Assembly: GCF_018350175.1 (NCBI RefSeq)
Contig: NC_058373.1
Location: forward strand, 100,938,001-101,002,000
Origin: Felis catus
Lineage: Eukaryota
Reading direction: 5' to 3'
DNA length: 64,000 nt
Each line of letters opens with the position of its first letter. Positions within the stretch are counted from its first letter, which is position 1. Below the pieces are notes generated by a model. That model was given only the letters and a program-made list of their open reading frames with translations, was not told the origin of the DNA and made no database searches. Shown here in pieces: positions 49,620 to 62,745 of this stretch. Position numbers and translations under genes: made by a program.

Positions 49620-50800
49620 CCCAGTTCTTGTCTCCCAGAAGTGCGCTCTGCACATCCCAACTGTCTGTGCTGCCCTCAGTCTCTAACAGTCTCTAGCTTC
49701 CTTTTGCACGTTTTTCAAGGCTTGATTCTTGGCATTTGCTCTCTGCCACCTCCAGGATCCTATACTCCTCGAACGCTCTTCTGATAATAATGCACTGTCT
49801 TTCCATCTCATGCCCATAGGCCCACATCTTAAAGCCACTCCTTGTCCTCACTGTACCCTCCAATTCCAGAACCTGTACTTGTTTCCACCTCTGTCTTCAC
49901 TTCATTATTTCCAGCCTGGGTCAGCCATGCAGGATCTTTCCAGATGAAAATTGGTCCTCTATGGATTTGGTTCTCCCAAGCCTGTGATCTCCACATACCT
50001 TCTCACCGTTCTGGAAAGTGGGTCATTACTGAAGGTGGTGCTTAGATTCCCCACAGACCTCTGTTATGGCATCTTATTTGGGTGTCCAGGGCTAAATGGA
50101 TCACTTTTTATTTATGTCCAGCTGATGCCATCTCATCTTCCTCATAGTAGCAGTTCTAAACTTTTCTATTTTCCTTAAGTCCTCTGAGAGACTGCTATAC
50201 CCTTACTCTATTTCTTTACCGGGAAAATCAAGGACATTTGATCTGAGCTTCCTCATATTCACTTTTTCCACCTAACAATTGCTCTGCCTGTGTTCTTCAT
50301 CTCATCCCCCTTCAGCCTCCTCTGGAATCTTCTTCATCAGTTATACTCTACTTTCTATATATTTTCAGTCTTCCTTCTCTGGTGTCTTTTTTCTAAACAT
50401 GTGGGTTTCCAATACAATAAGGATTTTTTTTTTAACCCTTTTAACATCTACAGGTGTCATCCTCCATATATTCTTACTCTTGCCTTCAGTTTACTCCAGA
50501 GACCACTCTCCTTAACTTCTGGTAATCTGGCTTTCTCGAAACTGCTACTGAAACCAAAGGCCACATGGATCTCCTAATCCATTGAACCACTGTCCCTTTC
50601 TTAGCCTGTATGCTTCTCAACGTTCCTGAAGTAAATGACCTTGTCATGTGCCCTTATTCTATACTTTTTCTTCCATTAGCATCCATGGTACCACATGGCT
50701 CCATCTTCTGAACTGATTCCTCTTCTATTCAGTCTAATTTAATTCAATCAATGTGTATTCAGCATTCACTTATTTCAGCTAAGGTTGATGAAGAAGCAAG
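49620..50800 (+). mobile_element. L2 relics
   Basis: Pyrimidine-rich L2 ORF2-type motifs (aaactgctactg...aaggccac...ctcctaat; accttgtcatgtgccctt). Confidence 0.5.
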
Positions 50801-51319
50801 ATACTGTTTGGATAATCCCCCAGTGTGGGATATGGCTGATAACAGTGTCACCATCAAATTATTAAACTTTCCTTTCTCTAAAACTAATTAACTAGAATTA
50901 TAAATTAAGTTCTTCTCTATAACTCCTGGACTTGAAAATTTGGTTGGTGGTGATGATGTAATTTATTTGAAATAATCTTGAAAAGAGTACCTTTGTTTGT
51001 GAGCTGTGGTTATCTTGGTACATCTCATTTTAACTCAAACACTACATCATGTGTGTTACTTGCTAGGTACTATTCCCAATGCTTTATAAATATTAACTCA
51101 TTGAACACTCAAGACAAGTGGGTTATATTGTCCTACAGATAATGAATGGAGTTTGCCCTTTGAAATAAAACACAAATTGTTTATCATTTTATGGATCAAA
51201 TCTGTTTTTAGTTGGATGGTCTTTATTACAGAGTATTTGATTTCTCTTCTACTTAATGGAAAGTTTCTCTCTGGTGGATGTTCTTTAAATAAAATTCAAA
51301 AAGAAAAAAAAAGTGAGCA

Positions 51320-51440
51320 CTCTGATTATTCCCATTTTATAGATGAGGAAACTGAGGCACATTTAAATAACTAACTCAAGGTCATATAGCCAGCAAGTGA
51401 CCCAGCTAGGATTTGAATGCATGCTGTATGGTGCCAGATT
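51320..51440 (-). mobile_element. MIR core
   Basis: cccattttatagatgaggaaactgaggcac...aaggtcatatagc. Confidence 0.85.
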
Positions 51441-53517
51441 TGGTGCTGCAGAGACAGTCAATAGGTGATTATGAATGGAAAAAAATACATAAAGAACTAA
51501 TTTTCTGATTATTTATCAAAAGCTAATTTAAGATTTTCCTTCCCATTTAAATTGTTTATTTCGTGTATTTTGCACCTTCTTGCTGCTTCCTTTCATCATT
51601 TGAGAAAAAAAAATTGTATTTAAAATGTGGATATATAAATGTGTCAGTGGGACAAGGTAATTTGATCTCCAGGTAACAAGACCTTTCCAGAATCTCCTTC
51701 TGGATTTCTATTCTCATTTTAGTCACACCCTGGTGTGAAATGATGGGGAGTCTTTGGAAAAGGTACCCTGAAGGAATCATTGCCTTCTACAAGTGCCTCC
51801 CATTTGCTACTTCTTCAGCAGGCTTCAGCTCACCATCCTTCCCCACAGGTGACCTTGGTGGTACTAAGTCCTGCTGCGTCAGCACTGCTATCTGTAAAGG
51901 GTGAAGACTTTGTCAAGTGGCTTTTTTCAAAACATGCATTAGCTGCTATGCCGTCTTGTTTGTATACCTTGCACAAGTACCATGAAGTTCTCAAATCTCT
52001 TTCGCATCAAGGGGTTTGGTCTGTGGCTAAAGAGAACTGACCACAGCGGCTCACCATCTTTCTGTTGGTTGCTGGTTATTCTGTTACATTATTCTGTGCT
52101 AGAATTCCTTTCTGAGCACCCATATGAATGGCGCTCATTCATATGCTCATACATACGAGATTTAGAATACAGACCCATACTTGAAAGTTAAGATATTAAA
52201 ATTGTCCGATTGTGTCTTATTTACTTTTTTTGGTGTCACAATATCCTTTTATGAAGTGACAGTAAGTGTTGTCCTTCCTCAAGTGCTTACTCAGCAAAAT
52301 AAAAAGTTGGTAACTCTATCAAAAAAATTAATCCAAAATGTCGTGTTTCTGTTATCTTCCTAGTGTTGTTATGCTCATTAGATGAAATTGTAAACAGCAC
52401 AATCCCAGGATCGCTGATCATTTTACATGGTCTGGGTTACTAAAAATGACATTGAGGTAGACATTCAGCTATTTAGCCTTCTAGAAAACAAGGCTGAAAC
52501 TTATGCCAAATATTAGTGTGATTCTGAAACTTGGTGTATAGCTAACATTTATCTTTCTCTTCCCAATCCATTACTTCTATCTTATTCTAGGTCTTGATTC
52601 CCTTGGTGTCCATATTTCTAGGTTATCTGTCTCTTTTCTGAACTTAGATCTTATGTGAGGTCCTGCTAATTTAACATTTAATCATTATATTTCTTTGTAA
52701 CATTTCTGGGTCCGATGTCTCCCATGGTCATTTGGATTTTGTGTGTATACTTCTATTATCCCCAGCTCAATAAGAAGCTATTTGAGGTTAGGCATAGACA
52801 TTATTTTCTTTAGGTTCCCTGCAGCTCTTAGCTCTGTGTGCCTGAAAGAGCATGTGCTTTCTGAATGAATAAATGAAGGACATAATTCAACCATTACTGG
52901 GCATTCAAACAAGAAGGGTTGTTGGGTTTGTCCTGTAGAGTGGAAGTTCTAGTGCTGGAGAAATTTGGCCAAGTTTACTGTCAACTAGAGTGGTATAAGC
53001 AAGCTGGCCTGGAGCTGAGTCGCCTGTGATATATCCATGTCATTAGATCTTGTGACATGAGAAGTCAACAAACACTGGATTGCAAATACCACGTAGTGAG
53101 TGCCGGGTCTGTGCATGTATGAATGCTCTTTTGGAACTCTCTTGATAAAAAAAACCTGTATGTGGGTTTATATGTCCCAATTAAATGATACAAATAAAAG
53201 TGACAGAGGCAGGATTTGAACTTCAACAGATCCACCTCCAAAGTTACAGTTTTTAATCATTACACGACCTTCATGATGCAATGCTTCATAGAATCAGAGC
53301 AATCAACATCGAATCCTCATGGGCCCTTATGGTAGAAAGGTCAGCCTAAAGTCCTAGGCAATGCCACATCATCCCTGCCAGGGTCAGATACTCATTTTCT
53401 AGACCACCAAAACTAGTCTCAGAGGGAGGACAATGTATAACAAGTTTAAGGTGCCCTCAGGTGGTTCAGAGTCAGTCTGAAAGAATAGCAGAGAGGCAGC
53501 CTGCTCTATCTATCTGT

Positions 53518-53630
53518 AGGGTGACCATATAATTTACCATTCAAATCAAAATACTTTGGAGAGCTAAGGGAAACACTGTGATAATTATGCAGAAAGTACA
53601 AATGTAAACTGACTACTCCAGGCGGTCTTT
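53518..53630. mobile_element. MER94-like hAT-Blackjack MITE
   Basis: agggtgaccatataatttac...gataattatgc...gtaaac. Confidence 0.7.
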
Positions 53631-53879
53631 ACTGGCTGAGTATGTTAAAACCTCTCAGGAAAGGGAAAGAAAAATGTAAGTAAACATGGTAAATGTGGGA
53701 AGCCAATGATCTGAAAGAGGACAAAGTTGGGGTGAGGGCACTAAACCTAGGGGCAGAAGTTTGGTGCAGTAAATGATGTTTAGAAAAGACCTGGGCATAT
53801 ACGTATAACAAAAAGAAGCAAAAAATTGTATCCAGACACACAAAACAATAGAGTAGTTTGTGTATATGTGAAAACAAGT

Positions 53880-54604
53880 CAGGGAAATAAAAAATGCTGA
53901 GAATGGATTTCCAACAACTATTTGAAAGTTGAGGGCCAGATGGATCTAACATGCAGTGGGTACGTCATAGCAGGAACCATGAAACAAATCCTGGTCATCA
54001 AAGGCTCAGTATGAACCTGAGAGGGAGTCCAGGTTTGCCGCATCAGTATCTTCTTGGGACCAGGATCATTCCATATTTTTGTCAGGTGATGTACAGCCAT
54101 CTCTTCTCAGCTGACCGACTTTTCTGGTACAATAAATGTAAATAAACTTTTGAAATTTGGGAGGCCAACTGTCTACAAGAGAATAAAGTTGGGATCTCAT
54201 CGTGCACCTAGGAACAAAAAGTGAATGCAGTCCAGGAAAGGATTGGATGAGTATATGTGACAAGAAGAAACTTGAGATCCAGATGCAAATTGAAGATGAT
54301 TCAGCAGTATACTTTGAAAATGACAGAAACTCTACATCACCAATCGGAAAGAAACCTTTTGTTGCTTCAAGACTTGCCAAAGACCTTACAAGAGCAGTAT
54401 GTGCAGTTCTGACTTTTGCATTTTTAAAATGATTCAAAGAGGGGCGCCCGGGGGGCTCAGTTAGTTAAACGTCCAACTTTGGCTCATAGTTTGTGGGTTT
54501 GAGCCCTGCACTGGGCTCTGTACTGGCAACTCAGAGCCCGGAGTCTGCTTCAGATTCTGTGTCTCCCTGTCTCTCTGCCCCTCCCCTGCTCGCTCATTCA
54601 TTCT

Positions 54605-54658
<54 letters not shown>

Positions 54659-54990
54659 AATAAGCATTTAAAAAACAAATTAAATAATGTAAAAAATTAA
54701 AGTCCAGAAAAGAATTACCAGATAGATTATAGTGGTAGGGGCATGGCCTTTTGTGAAATTTAGTAGAGAGAGAGAGAGAGAGAGAGAAAGCTAAGGGTTG
54801 ATTTCACTGTTTTCAAAAATCATGGAGAATATGGATACTCATTATTTTGCTTCTCCACAGTAGGCTGAAAAGAAGAAATGGGCTGACATTGCAGCAAGAG
54901 GTATGTCAGCAATGCTTAAGGAAGAACTTCTTGACCAAATACTGGGACAGGGAGGTGCTGAAATGTTTGACCCTATAATCTTTTTATTAT
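53880..54990 (+). mobile_element. CR1/L3 LINE relic (RT region and 3' end), split by a SINE
   Basis: cttgggaccaggatcattccatatttttgtc resembles the CR1 RT LGP.LFNIF segment; 3' motif taaggaagaacttcttgac. Confidence 0.55.
54441..54690 (+). mobile_element. Can-SINE
   Basis: ggggcgcccggggggctcag head, long (CT)n, A tail. Confidence 0.92.
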
Positions 54991-56009
54991 AGGATAGAAA
55001 ATCACTAGTAGTCCTGGGTTGTCATTACCTGTGGTATTTGATGTAGGAGATCCTGAAGAGTGGAGGAATCTGGGAGAGCACAAGGATATCTCTTGACAGA
55101 CCTGGATGTTCCGAAACTGGTCGGAGAGAAGGAAATGTCAAAGTTAGTTGACCATAAAAACGATCACGTGGGCTCTTATCTCTGGGTTATAGATGTGTTG
55201 AGATGAATCTTTACACACAGGGCTCTGCCCCTACTCCTGAAATCCAGATGGTGACACTCTGACATTGCCCTGTGACTTCACCAGCGTTATTCCTCTTTAT
55301 TCTACTTTAGTCCCAGGTGATTCACCTGGGTGGGGACCATGCCTCCAGCTGTGAGTTAAGCATCACTTCTCCCTTTTGAGTGGGAAGAAGCACCTTCTAC
55401 AGCTGTCCCTCCCAGAAACTCGATGGCTTCCTTAAACCCCAGAGGATTTTCTCTGAGACAGAATGTTTACTATGTTTGGTTTGGTACGCTGTTCTTCTAT
55501 TAGGAGAGAAGGCATACCCTTGCATAGGGCAGCAGCCAGTATTGGATCAGCTTCAGTTGAGACCTTTCTTGCCATTGCAGAGCATCACATAGGGCTTAGC
55601 ATCCAGGCTGTCTAAGTCCCGCTGGCCACTAGTCTTGGCCTTCGTCCCTCAGATTGTAAAGCCCAAATCTGCAGAACTAGAGCTGCACAGCTGTTCTCAG
55701 CAGAGAGGTACTGGTCTCCTTAGGCGGATACGCTATTTACTGCTTGTGAGGCAACTGCACAGGATGTCCCTGAGAATACACAGTTTGTCTCTGAGAGGTA
55801 GAAGGTGAGTAGGAGCAAAAGGATGTGTGTCGATGCATAGTCACCCTGACATTTGCTCTGAAATCACTGAATTGAGTGAGAAAGGGCAAGTGGAGCACTA
55901 AGTGACCCCTCTGCTCCCGCGTGTGACTCGGGAATCCTATGGCTCTAGGTCCCAGGCTCCATTTCTGCCTCTATTGGAAGCCCTAGATTTGCTGGGCTCT
56001 GTGGCTACT

Positions 56010-56490
56010 GTGCTTTTATGTAAGCAATGGAGATACAATGATGAATAAGACAGATAACGTCTCGCTGTCATGGGGTTTATTCCTAGTGAGAGGAGACAGA
56101 CTACACACAAAGAGGCAAATAAATAAACAAGAAAATATCAGATGGTGACAGGTGATAGTAAATCAGAGTGATTGATGGGAAGTTAGTATTGGGTGTGGGA
56201 ACAGTTTAGGCTGAGATGTTGGGGACAGACTCACTGAAGAGGTTAATTAGTAACTTGAATGACAAAAAAAGAGGCAACAAGATGATGCAAGGAAAGAGCT
56301 TCAAGCAGCAGGAACTGCCAGTGGAAAGGCCCTAAGCTGGGAAGGAGCTCAGTGTTTTTGGAACAAAGAAGGGAGGCCAAATGGGACTGGAGCTGAGTGA
56401 GGTTGGGATAAGAGATGAGGCTGGAAAGTTTGTCAGGTGCCAGATCACAGGGAGCCATGGGATCCAGGAAAAGAGTGAATTCAAAATGGT
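56010..56490 (-). mobile_element. L2 relic
   Basis: ggagatacaatgatgaataagacaga...aaaggccctaag...ggaggccaa...gccagatcacaggg. Confidence 0.8.
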
Positions 56491-57699
56491 CCTAGAATTG
56501 GATTAGACTCTGGAGGTCATCTAGCTTGTGCTTCTTACTGCAAGACCATGATAGCAGAGCAGAGGTGCGATTTCATCTCTCCAGCTCTGCCAGCCAAACT
56601 TGGTCATGCTCCGACGTGGAAACAAGATCTTCTGACCCAGAGCCCTTGCCACTTCCCACCAGATTCCCACCAGGAAGTGGGAGTCCTGAATATCCCACTT
56701 TAATAGGGAATTAAATAAATTAATACCTGAGTAACATTTAGAACAATATTCATTACATTATGCTTGTTATATAATAAACACTATATAAATGTTTCAAAGG
56801 TAAAAAAAAAAAAAGACATAAAAACATGGAATTATCCTTCACACACCTTGTAAAAAAAAGGAGGATTATAAACATCTTTGTAGACTAGTTATGCCTGTCT
56901 CAGTAGTGAGTACTTAGTTTGCCTGTTTAATGCCACAGACCAAATGCAACCCATTTATTCTACAGTTGAGACACATTCCTGCTATAGGGACGTATGGTGC
57001 AGCTTGTACATCCAGGAGGAGTGAACATTCCACTGTGCACACATATTCAGAATCAGAAAATTGTATTGTAAGTTATGTACACACAGGGCACATGTGTGTA
57101 TATACATCTTGGTTTTTCAAATAGCAATGACATTGCCAAAAGGAGTGATAGCTTTCACATCCTCCTCTGAAAAGAAGGTTTTACTGAAGAGGACATATGG
57201 AAATACATTTTGGAATAGCTGAGATCTTCAGTTCTGAAAGGATTTGAGGCTGGATCGATTAAGCACAAACCCATGGCAAGAGATGTGCTGGTGGAATAGA
57301 AGTTTGTTGTCACGACTCAGGCCCTCATTCGGGATTTAGAGCCCAAAGATCTGCCACGAGCAGATGCAAGGGCAAATCACACCCTCTTTCTCTGGCCTGA
57401 ATCTCCATTCATCCTACTGCCTTCTATACTTTCTCCTTGTTCTCTCCCATTAACTGATAGGAGGGCTCTAATAGACTTTCTGCTTTCTCTCTCTTTATTC
57501 CTCCTTTATCTCTATCTTTTAGGGAGAATGTAAGAGAGAAAAGTCTCACTCCTTCCTCCAGAGCTTGAAGAGACAGGAAGGGCATCCTCCCTTCTGGGGT
57601 AGAAGATGAAGGTATAAATGAGGTGATGGCTTTGAATCAAAGATGGTAGGGCTAAGCAAAACATCAGAGTCCATGGAAATACCTCTTTACTGTTCAGCT

Positions 57700-58090
57700 T
57701 TATGGAACATGTAGAAGGAGTTTGTACGGTGTGCTAAGGTAAATGGAGGAGATCGCTTACAGCTGAGGTGTCCTACTTGGGCACTCCAGCTACCTTAGAT
57801 TCTCCAGCTACCCTGAGGGCCAAAGGGACCCAAGCTTTACAGAGGCTCTGTGAACTTCAAGGTCAACCTAGGTATCGATATCCAGCTGAAGACAAGGGAA
57901 AAGAGAGCACGGAGGGCCAGCTGCAAGGATTATAATTCAGGTCTAATTACAAACTTTGGTGCATGTTCCATTGGCTGGAGCCTGTCATATGGACACATCT
58001 GACTATGAGGAAAGCTGGGACCTGGGTTTAGCTGTGTGTTGGAGAGGGAAGGAAAGAGGTTTGGTGAATAGGTAGCCAGTCTCTACCATG
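57700..58090 (-). mobile_element. MLT1-type LTR relic
   Basis: ttccattggctggag...tcatatggacaca...gtttggtgaataggtagccagtctctacca. Confidence 0.65.
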
Positions 58091-58234
58091 GAAAGTATAT
58101 GACCAATGGTACTCCAGAGACAGTGGCAGAGTTGAAATTAAGACCCACCTTACTTAACCCATAGCACAGTGCTCTCCTCACCAAACTACCCTCTGTTATA
58201 TCATTCATATGTTCCCTACCTTAAAAAAAAAAAA

Positions 58235-59003
58235 AAACACTTCCCACAAAAGGTGGCAAAAGGAAACCAAGAACCATTTTCTAAGGAAGATTGAAATGAT
58301 GTGAAAGCACCAGCCATGTTTGATATAGGAAACACAGAAAATTGTTAGTCTCAGGGACCCAAGGAACCAAAATGCATCTGATTGCCTCAAAGGTCATTTT
58401 GTTAAAGTGAGGCCTGCTCTGCAGAATGATGAATGTGCATTAGAAAATCCGAAGTAATTACTGAGGATATTCAAGGCAAAACTGCCTACCCAATTTGTAT
58501 GACATGGATCTTACCCATGAAAAATGTGCTCCATGGTCGAGAAAATGTCAGGCCATGACTGAAGCTCATGTCGATATCAAGACTACGAATAGTTATATGC
58601 TTCATTTGTTGTGTGATCATATTTGGAAGACCTCTCACACTCAGAACCTACAGGTCCACCAAATCCAGAAGAAGATGATGGAAATCATGACTGAAGAGGT
58701 ACAAATGACTTTAAATATGTTGTCAATAAACCGATTGCAGTCAGCATTGGGAAAGACATAAAAAAGCCTTGCCAATCTATTTATCTTCTCTATGATATGT
58801 TTTTTGAAAAGTAAAAATGCTAAAGAAGCCCAGGTTTGAATTGGGGAACTCACGTCACTTCATGGTGAAGGCAATAATTCTGGAAAGTCCCCTGGGATAA
58901 GACAGGTGATACAGCCGAACGAGTGGATGGATATGAGCCACCAGTCTACAAATCTGCTTAAAATTCAGACTTCAAATGGTGACAAATGAAAAGTCTTATC
59001 TGT
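58235..59003 (+). pseudogene. RPS3A: Processed pseudogene of 40S ribosomal protein S3a (eS1)
   Basis: Intronless and collinear with RPS3A: TKGGK, PFSK.D..DVKAPAMF, RTQGTK, LQNDE, ITEDIQGK, MDLT, EAHVDIKTT, QIQKKMMEIMT, KMLKKPRFELG, DGYEPPV, stop at 58959-58961, then 3'UTR aattcagacttcaaa; many frameshifts and deletions. Confidence 0.96.
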
Positions 59004-59149
59004 GGAGGCAAAAGGACACGCATGGCCCAGTAATGCCATTCTGGCATATCTTCAGTCAAAGTCTACTCACAAGAAAGGCCCTGGTACAACTTGTGGGAAT
59101 CTCACAAAGAAAGGTCAGCCTTGCCTCCTGATAAGACAGAGAATTTCCA

Positions 59150-60050
59150 CTGTACCATGAACTCTTTGTAAGGAAATCAGCTTCCGAATCCTCAGCCTTG
59201 CTTTTTCTTACTCCTTGCTGTCCTTCCCCACTTGGCTGCTTCCTGAGGACCTGGGGAGGGAGGCAAGACGAGGGTTATTGCGCGGTTCACTGCAAACACC
59301 TGTCTCTTGGTTTTACCTCAACCTTTTGATTCAGATGTTTTCACTTCCTCCCCTTTTTACGTTTGGCCCTTTGGTCTCTGTCCCCGGAGCTGACTTTCAT
59401 CATCCAATTAGAAATAATACCCTCTTCTTGCTACCAGCTTTTCTGGGAACCGGAGGGAGTAAACCCTAAGCCTCCCTCACAGCCCGTGGGGCCAGCAGCG
59501 CTTCAAAGGAGCGTGGTGGCGGCACCACCTCCCGGCTGGGCTTCTTTTCTGTTTGAACAGCTTCTATTGCTCACTGCTGATCAGTAACTCAATGATTCAT
59601 TAAACACACAAACAATGAGCGAATCTGTTCCATTAGCAAGGCCACCTGTTGATCTCAGACATCCTCAGCTGAACTCGGTGAACGTGAACAACAGAATGGC
59701 TGCCTCCGTGGAGGGCCCCGGCTGCATTTGATGGCATGTTGCGGCAGGAAAGGCAGAGTCCCAGGCTTGCTCGGGCTTTTATGCTTTTCCTTTCATCTGG
59801 TGGCAGGGCGGCCAGAGTATACTGCGGAATACAATGCTGTTCTCTATAATCAACTGGAAAACTCCAAGAGGTTGGTCATTATTGCCTCCTTAGGCTTGTG
59901 GAATTAGACAAAGAGGAGAGTGGGAATATCTTGTACTCTTTTGCGTGCCAGTGGCAGGGCAGCAGAATCAGCCGAGTGCTAAACAAAAAACAACAAAGAA
60001 AATGAAAGAAACAAAACATAACAAAGTATGTGTAAGAGCAATCTTATTTA
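59150..60050. promoter_or_regulatory. Repeat-free, relatively CpG-rich candidate enhancer
   Basis: Visibly more CpGs than the flanks; CTTCAAAG (TCF/LEF-type) near 59501, AACAATG (SOX-type) near 59611, E-boxes CACCTG/CAGCTG. Confidence 0.35.
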
Positions 60051-60704
60051 TTGCAGCCATACCTTCTCTCCCCTGGAAATAATACAATCTCTGCTACTTA
60101 GCCCCTAGTTTCTGTAGCTGATCCAGGCCTTTAGGAACTAGTCTACCAGTGTTTCCCAGTTTATCAGAAATCAAGGCTACTAAAAATCCTGGAAAGTTGA
60201 CATTTTGTTATTTAAAAAAAATAGTGCTTTCTCTTCCCTTGTGCATAACCAACCCCTCTAATCGTTGTAATAGAAGAGCTTTCATAAGGTTGGCAATGTT
60301 TGTTTAGAGCCTAAAAACTGTATCATCAGGAATAGGGAGACATAATCTTTACTCAACTGAATATAAAGTTGCCTCTTTAGAGTGAATTTAGTTTTTGAGT
60401 GCCACAGTCATTACGATTTGTACTGTGTACTTCAGAATGGTTAGGTTTAAATTTCTCTACAGTGACACTTTGATTAAAATATTTGATTACATAGTCCAGT
60501 TTTTATGTTTTTGATGGCTTTATTCTAGACTATCATGAAACACTTTGTTGTTCATTGGTTCGTGTAAGAACATAGATGAATTACAGGGAAATGACTCTTT
60601 AACAAAAGTTCCAGTTCCTGTTAGTTTATCATATAAAAATTTGTTTAAATTAGTAACGAGTGATTATTTATATATTTAAATATGATTTATTTTCAAACTG
60701 GCTA

Positions 60705-60850
60705 ACATACAGTGAATGGATAAACAAGATGTAGTTTCTATATACAGTGGAATACTACTCGGCAATGAGAAAGAATGAAATCATGACATTTGCAGCAACG
60801 TGGATGGAACTGGAAGGTATTATGTTAAGTGAAATAAGTCAGAGAAAGAC
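60705..60850 (+). mobile_element. Short L1 ORF2 C-terminal fragment
   Basis: gaatggataaacaagatg...gcagcaacgtggatggaactggaagg...gaaataagtcag. Confidence 0.85.
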
Positions 60851-60864
60851 GTCATGTAAAACCT

Positions 60865-61084
60865 TTAATGTTTTTTTTTTTTAAATGTTTATTTATTTTT
60901 CAGAGAGACACAGACAGAGAGCAAGCAGGGGAGGGGCAGAGAGAGAGTGAGACAGGATCTGAAGCAGGCTCCAGGCTCTGAGCTGTCAGCACAGAGCCGG
61001 ATGTGGAGCTCAAACTCACGAGCAGTGAGATCGTGACCTGAGCTGAAGTCGGATGCCCAACCAGTTGAGCCATCCAGGTGCCCC
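60865..61084 (-). mobile_element. Can-SINE
   Basis: Standard body; TSD tcatgtaaaa. Confidence 0.93.
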
Positions 61085-61130
61085 ATCATGTAAAATTTTT
61101 AAACAATCATCAGTTTTAAATCTCTTGACA

Positions 61131-61352
61131 GGGGCGCCTGGGTGGCGCAGTCGGTTAAGCGTCCGACTTCAGCCAGGTCACCATCTCGCGGTCCGTGAGT
61201 TCGAGCCCCGCGTCGGGCTCTGGGCTGATGGCTCAGAGCCTGGAGCCTGTTTCAGATTCTGTGTCTCCCTCTCTCTCTGCCCCTTGCCCGTTCATGCTCT
61301 GTCTCTCTCTGTCCCAAAAATAAATAAAAAAACGTTGAAAAAAAATTTAAAA
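61131..61352 (+). mobile_element. Young Felis-type Can-SINE
   Basis: Near consensus; TSD aaatctcttgacag. Confidence 0.96.
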
Positions 61353-61828
61353 AAATCTCTTGACAGATTTCAGAGATTACTGTTGCTAGTGGCTATTTTG
61401 CTTCCATTTTTGTGGCCCTGGAAATGGGAGAATGCCAGGCAAGGAATTCACGTTGAGCTTTTTTCCTGAATATTGTTTTGCTTTTAGAGGATGGGCTTTG
61501 AGCTCCAAGCATTCAGAATGAACACTACGAACAGATGGAGGCAGGCAGACTCCACTGCTTGGGTTCTGCAGGCAGGTGTGAGCATATCTCCCTCATCCAG
61601 CACATAAAAGGACCACGTGCACTTTCAAAGGGATTTCTGCAATCCTGGTCTTTTGACAACCACGACTACAATTTGATTGCCAAATGCAGGTGGTTGTGCA
61701 GAGGCCCAGTTGTGCAATCAAAAGAATCCTCAGAGTCTTCTGTATAAAAAGGAAAAGGACAGGGAGCAACTTTTTAAAAAAGACTAAGTAGGAGATAGCC
61801 ACATACAAATTAAAAATTAGGTGGAAGA

Positions 61829-62048
61829 GGGGCACCTGGGTGGTTCAGTCCACTAAGCCTCTGACTCCTGGTTTCAGCTCAGGTCATGATCTCATGATTT
61901 GTGAGTTTGAGCCCCACATTGGGCTCTGCGCTGGCAGTGGGGAGCCTGCTGGGAATTCTCTCTTTCCCTCCCTCTCTACCCCTCTCCTGCTTGCTCTCTC
62001 TCTCTCTCTCTCTCTCTCAAAATAAATAGATAAACTTAAAAAAAATTT
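61829..62048 (+). mobile_element. Can-SINE
   Basis: TSD aaattaggtggaaga. Confidence 0.94.
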
Positions 62049-62092
62049 AAATTAGGTGGAAGACTCATAGCTATCCTCTGATGTAATTAGAC

Positions 62093-62270
62093 TAGCACCG
62101 TCCAATAGAACTTTCTGCAAGGCTGAGGATGTTTTGCACTGAGCCATGGAAAAGCCTAGCCACATGTGGCTATTGAGCACTCGAAATGTGGCTAATGTGA
62201 CTGGGAAGCTAAATTTCAACTTTAGCTAATTTAAATGGGCACACATCTTTAGTGGTGCTGTGTTGGACAG
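62093..62270. mobile_element. MER3-like hAT-Charlie MITE
   Basis: gtccaatagaactttctgc...tagccacatgtggctattgagcac...gttggacag. Confidence 0.85.
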
Positions 62271-62520
62271 AAAAAGATTATTCTGTAAGTCCATGAGGGA
62301 CACAGATCAGGTTGGTCCTGCAATATTCCCAGTACTGAGGGGGGGTGGGGTTTCTACCTTCATTGTAAGTTCTTAATAAGTATTTGGTGTGTGAAAGCAT
62401 AAATCTGATCATGGTCCATCCTTCTTTAGCACCCTCAGGTGCTTCTCCCAACCTGGGAACTCCAACTCCTGGCAGACCCCTCAGCTCCATCTACCTTCTG
62501 CTCCAGGATGTCCAATTTTT

Positions 62521-62745
62521 ATTTTTATTATTTGCATTTATTTTTAATGTTTATTTATTTTTGAGAGAGACAGCGTGCAAGAGAGCAGGGGAGGGGAGGA
62601 GGGAGAGGGAGACAGAGGATCCCAAGCCGACTCTGTGCTGACAGCAGAGAGCCCCATGCAGGGCTTGAACTCACAGACCAAACCACAAGATCATGGCCTG
62701 AGCTGAAGTCCGATGCTTTACGGACTGAGCTACCCAGGCACCCCC
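62521..62745 (-). mobile_element. Can-SINE
   Basis: TSD atgtccaatttt. Confidence 0.93.
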
